NCBI GenBank assembly: GCA_030390025.1
Contig: CM059431.1
Span: forward strand, 112,408,001-112,472,000
Source: Squalus acanthias
Taxonomy: Eukaryota
DNA: 64,000 bases
Direction of reading: 5' to 3'
Below the pieces are notes generated by a model, which was not told the DNA's origin, ran no database searches, and saw only the letters and a program-made list of their open reading frames with translations. This document shows positions 62,456 to 64,000 of the stretch, piece by piece. The translations under genes were made by a program, and so were the position numbers. Each line of letters begins with the position of its first letter. Positions within the stretch are counted from its first letter, which is position 1.

Positions 62456-64000
62456 TAGTTTCCTTCTGTGCTGTAATTTCTATGATTTTACAGATAGTAT
62501 CAAAGGAAAACAGTCAACAGAATTTGCATTTAAAGGGTCGTGACATACACTTACACCCAGACATACCGCTATTTTTGTTTTTCCTAATTATTTTTTGTGA
62601 ATAAGCATAATTACAGGGCTCCACAACACTGTCCTGCATCCATCCATCCGTTTTAATGAAAGGGATGCACCAGGATAACTTTGATTCCCTTATAGTGTGT
62701 CTGCATCACATCATTGAGAACAATAGGGACCATTTTCATCTCCAATGTAAATTGGGCGGGAGGAGGGCAGAGCATGCTCTTGAAAGAATCAGCATGGGGC
62801 CAGTTCCATTTTCATGGTTTAGCTTAATTTGAATTAAATCAGTGCAAACTTTATCGGCAGCTCGCTACTTAAAGGCATCCTGCAGCATCTTAAAGGGGAA
62901 GTACTTTTTTCAGTAGTGGATACGGACAGCCATATTGTGCAGCAGCAGGCAAGGTGACTTCGATCAGGGTCCCCCTGGTTCTCTGACGCAGTGGTGGAGT
63001 GGCTCATTAACTACGTGAACAGCAGGAGGCGGGATTGACTGATGCCACACACCCTGACGTTTGTCATCAGTCTCTTATGTGGCATCTTATCAAAGGCCTT
63101 CTGAAAGTCCATGCATACCACATCCACTACATTGCCTCTACTCTTTCTATTACTTCTTCAAAGAATTCAATAAGATTGGTTAAACATAACGGCCTGGAGC
63201 TTCCTCCTTGGTCGCAACCCGGAAGTTGCACTCGAAATGGAAGTAAAATCCAGGAGAGATGTAAAACGGGCTGCCAGCTCACTATCACCCATTTTACACT
63301 ATCGCACAAAGTCAAGATCTACCCCAACCACACTGCTTTTCCTAATTGGTAGATATAATTACATTTGAATTTTAGTTACATGATCAGACCCTTCTGACTG
63401 TCCAACTAATTCTTCGCGGGTGGGTGTCTGCTGGTGCTTTGACAAGTAAGATGCCAGGATAGAGTTGGTGAGGACATGACAACAGCAGTGGATCTGGAAG
63501 TGCCCAGGCTGTTATTTGAGTGGCTGGCTTCTTTCTCCAAGACACCCCTATGATGTGAAAGACCGAAAAGTGACATTTGCCCTTGAAGAAATAACGAGTG
63601 AGAATAAGGGCATTGTAATACTTTGAGAAAGCATATAAAGCTGAATCTACATACGACGAGCCTTGCTCAGCCTTTATCGACCTTCTCCTGTCCGCTCACT
63701 TCCATCCTCACTCTCTCCTATGTGCTGTCCTGTATATCTGCCTATTAAATCTAATCCTTCCTCTTCTTGTGGACTCGGGGCTTTCAGTGATGGTGGTTGT
63801 CCACCGATTGTCCTTCTGTTGCACCAGCAGTTTTTCCTTTGGAGGGAGAGAAGCTAATGTTACAGGGCAGTGAGTGTAATGGAGACTTCCCCCATATGGT
63901 CATGCATGCCCTGATGATGAGACATGAAGGTGCTTTGTCTCTTTAAATGAAATTAAGTTTCTTCCAGGCTTGGGCAGGGCTAAGCAAGCTCTGTGCTGGA

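Overview
Repeat-rich vertebrate genomic DNA, very probably from a cartilaginous fish (Deu-domain/SacSINE1-like SINEs, CR1, L2, Vingi, Penelope-like and Harbinger-type repeats). I found no host exon I can support. The main content is two related but distinct endogenous retrovirus-like proviruses lying head-to-head. Provirus A (21301-33984, minus strand) is young and nearly intact, with ~1.69 kb LTRs that differ at only about 5 positions. Provirus B (39402-48563, plus strand) is decayed and is nested inside a solo LTR of a third element (38528-48614). Both have gag - (UGA-CUAG in-frame stop) - PR/RT/degenerate RNase H tether/RNase H/IN - env. The Env looks like a paramyxo/pneumovirus F-type class I fusion protein rather than a gamma/beta-type Env, which is the architecture described for lokiretroviruses. 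Both Envs also carry an N-terminal immunoglobulin-fold domain, and the provirus A Gag has an overlapping PSAP/PPxY late domain. Separately, two Penelope-like insertions form inverted repeats with 13-14 bp TSDs and carry minimal type I hammerhead ribozyme motifs with compensatory stem changes. All family assignments are from motif recognition by eye; no database searches were run.
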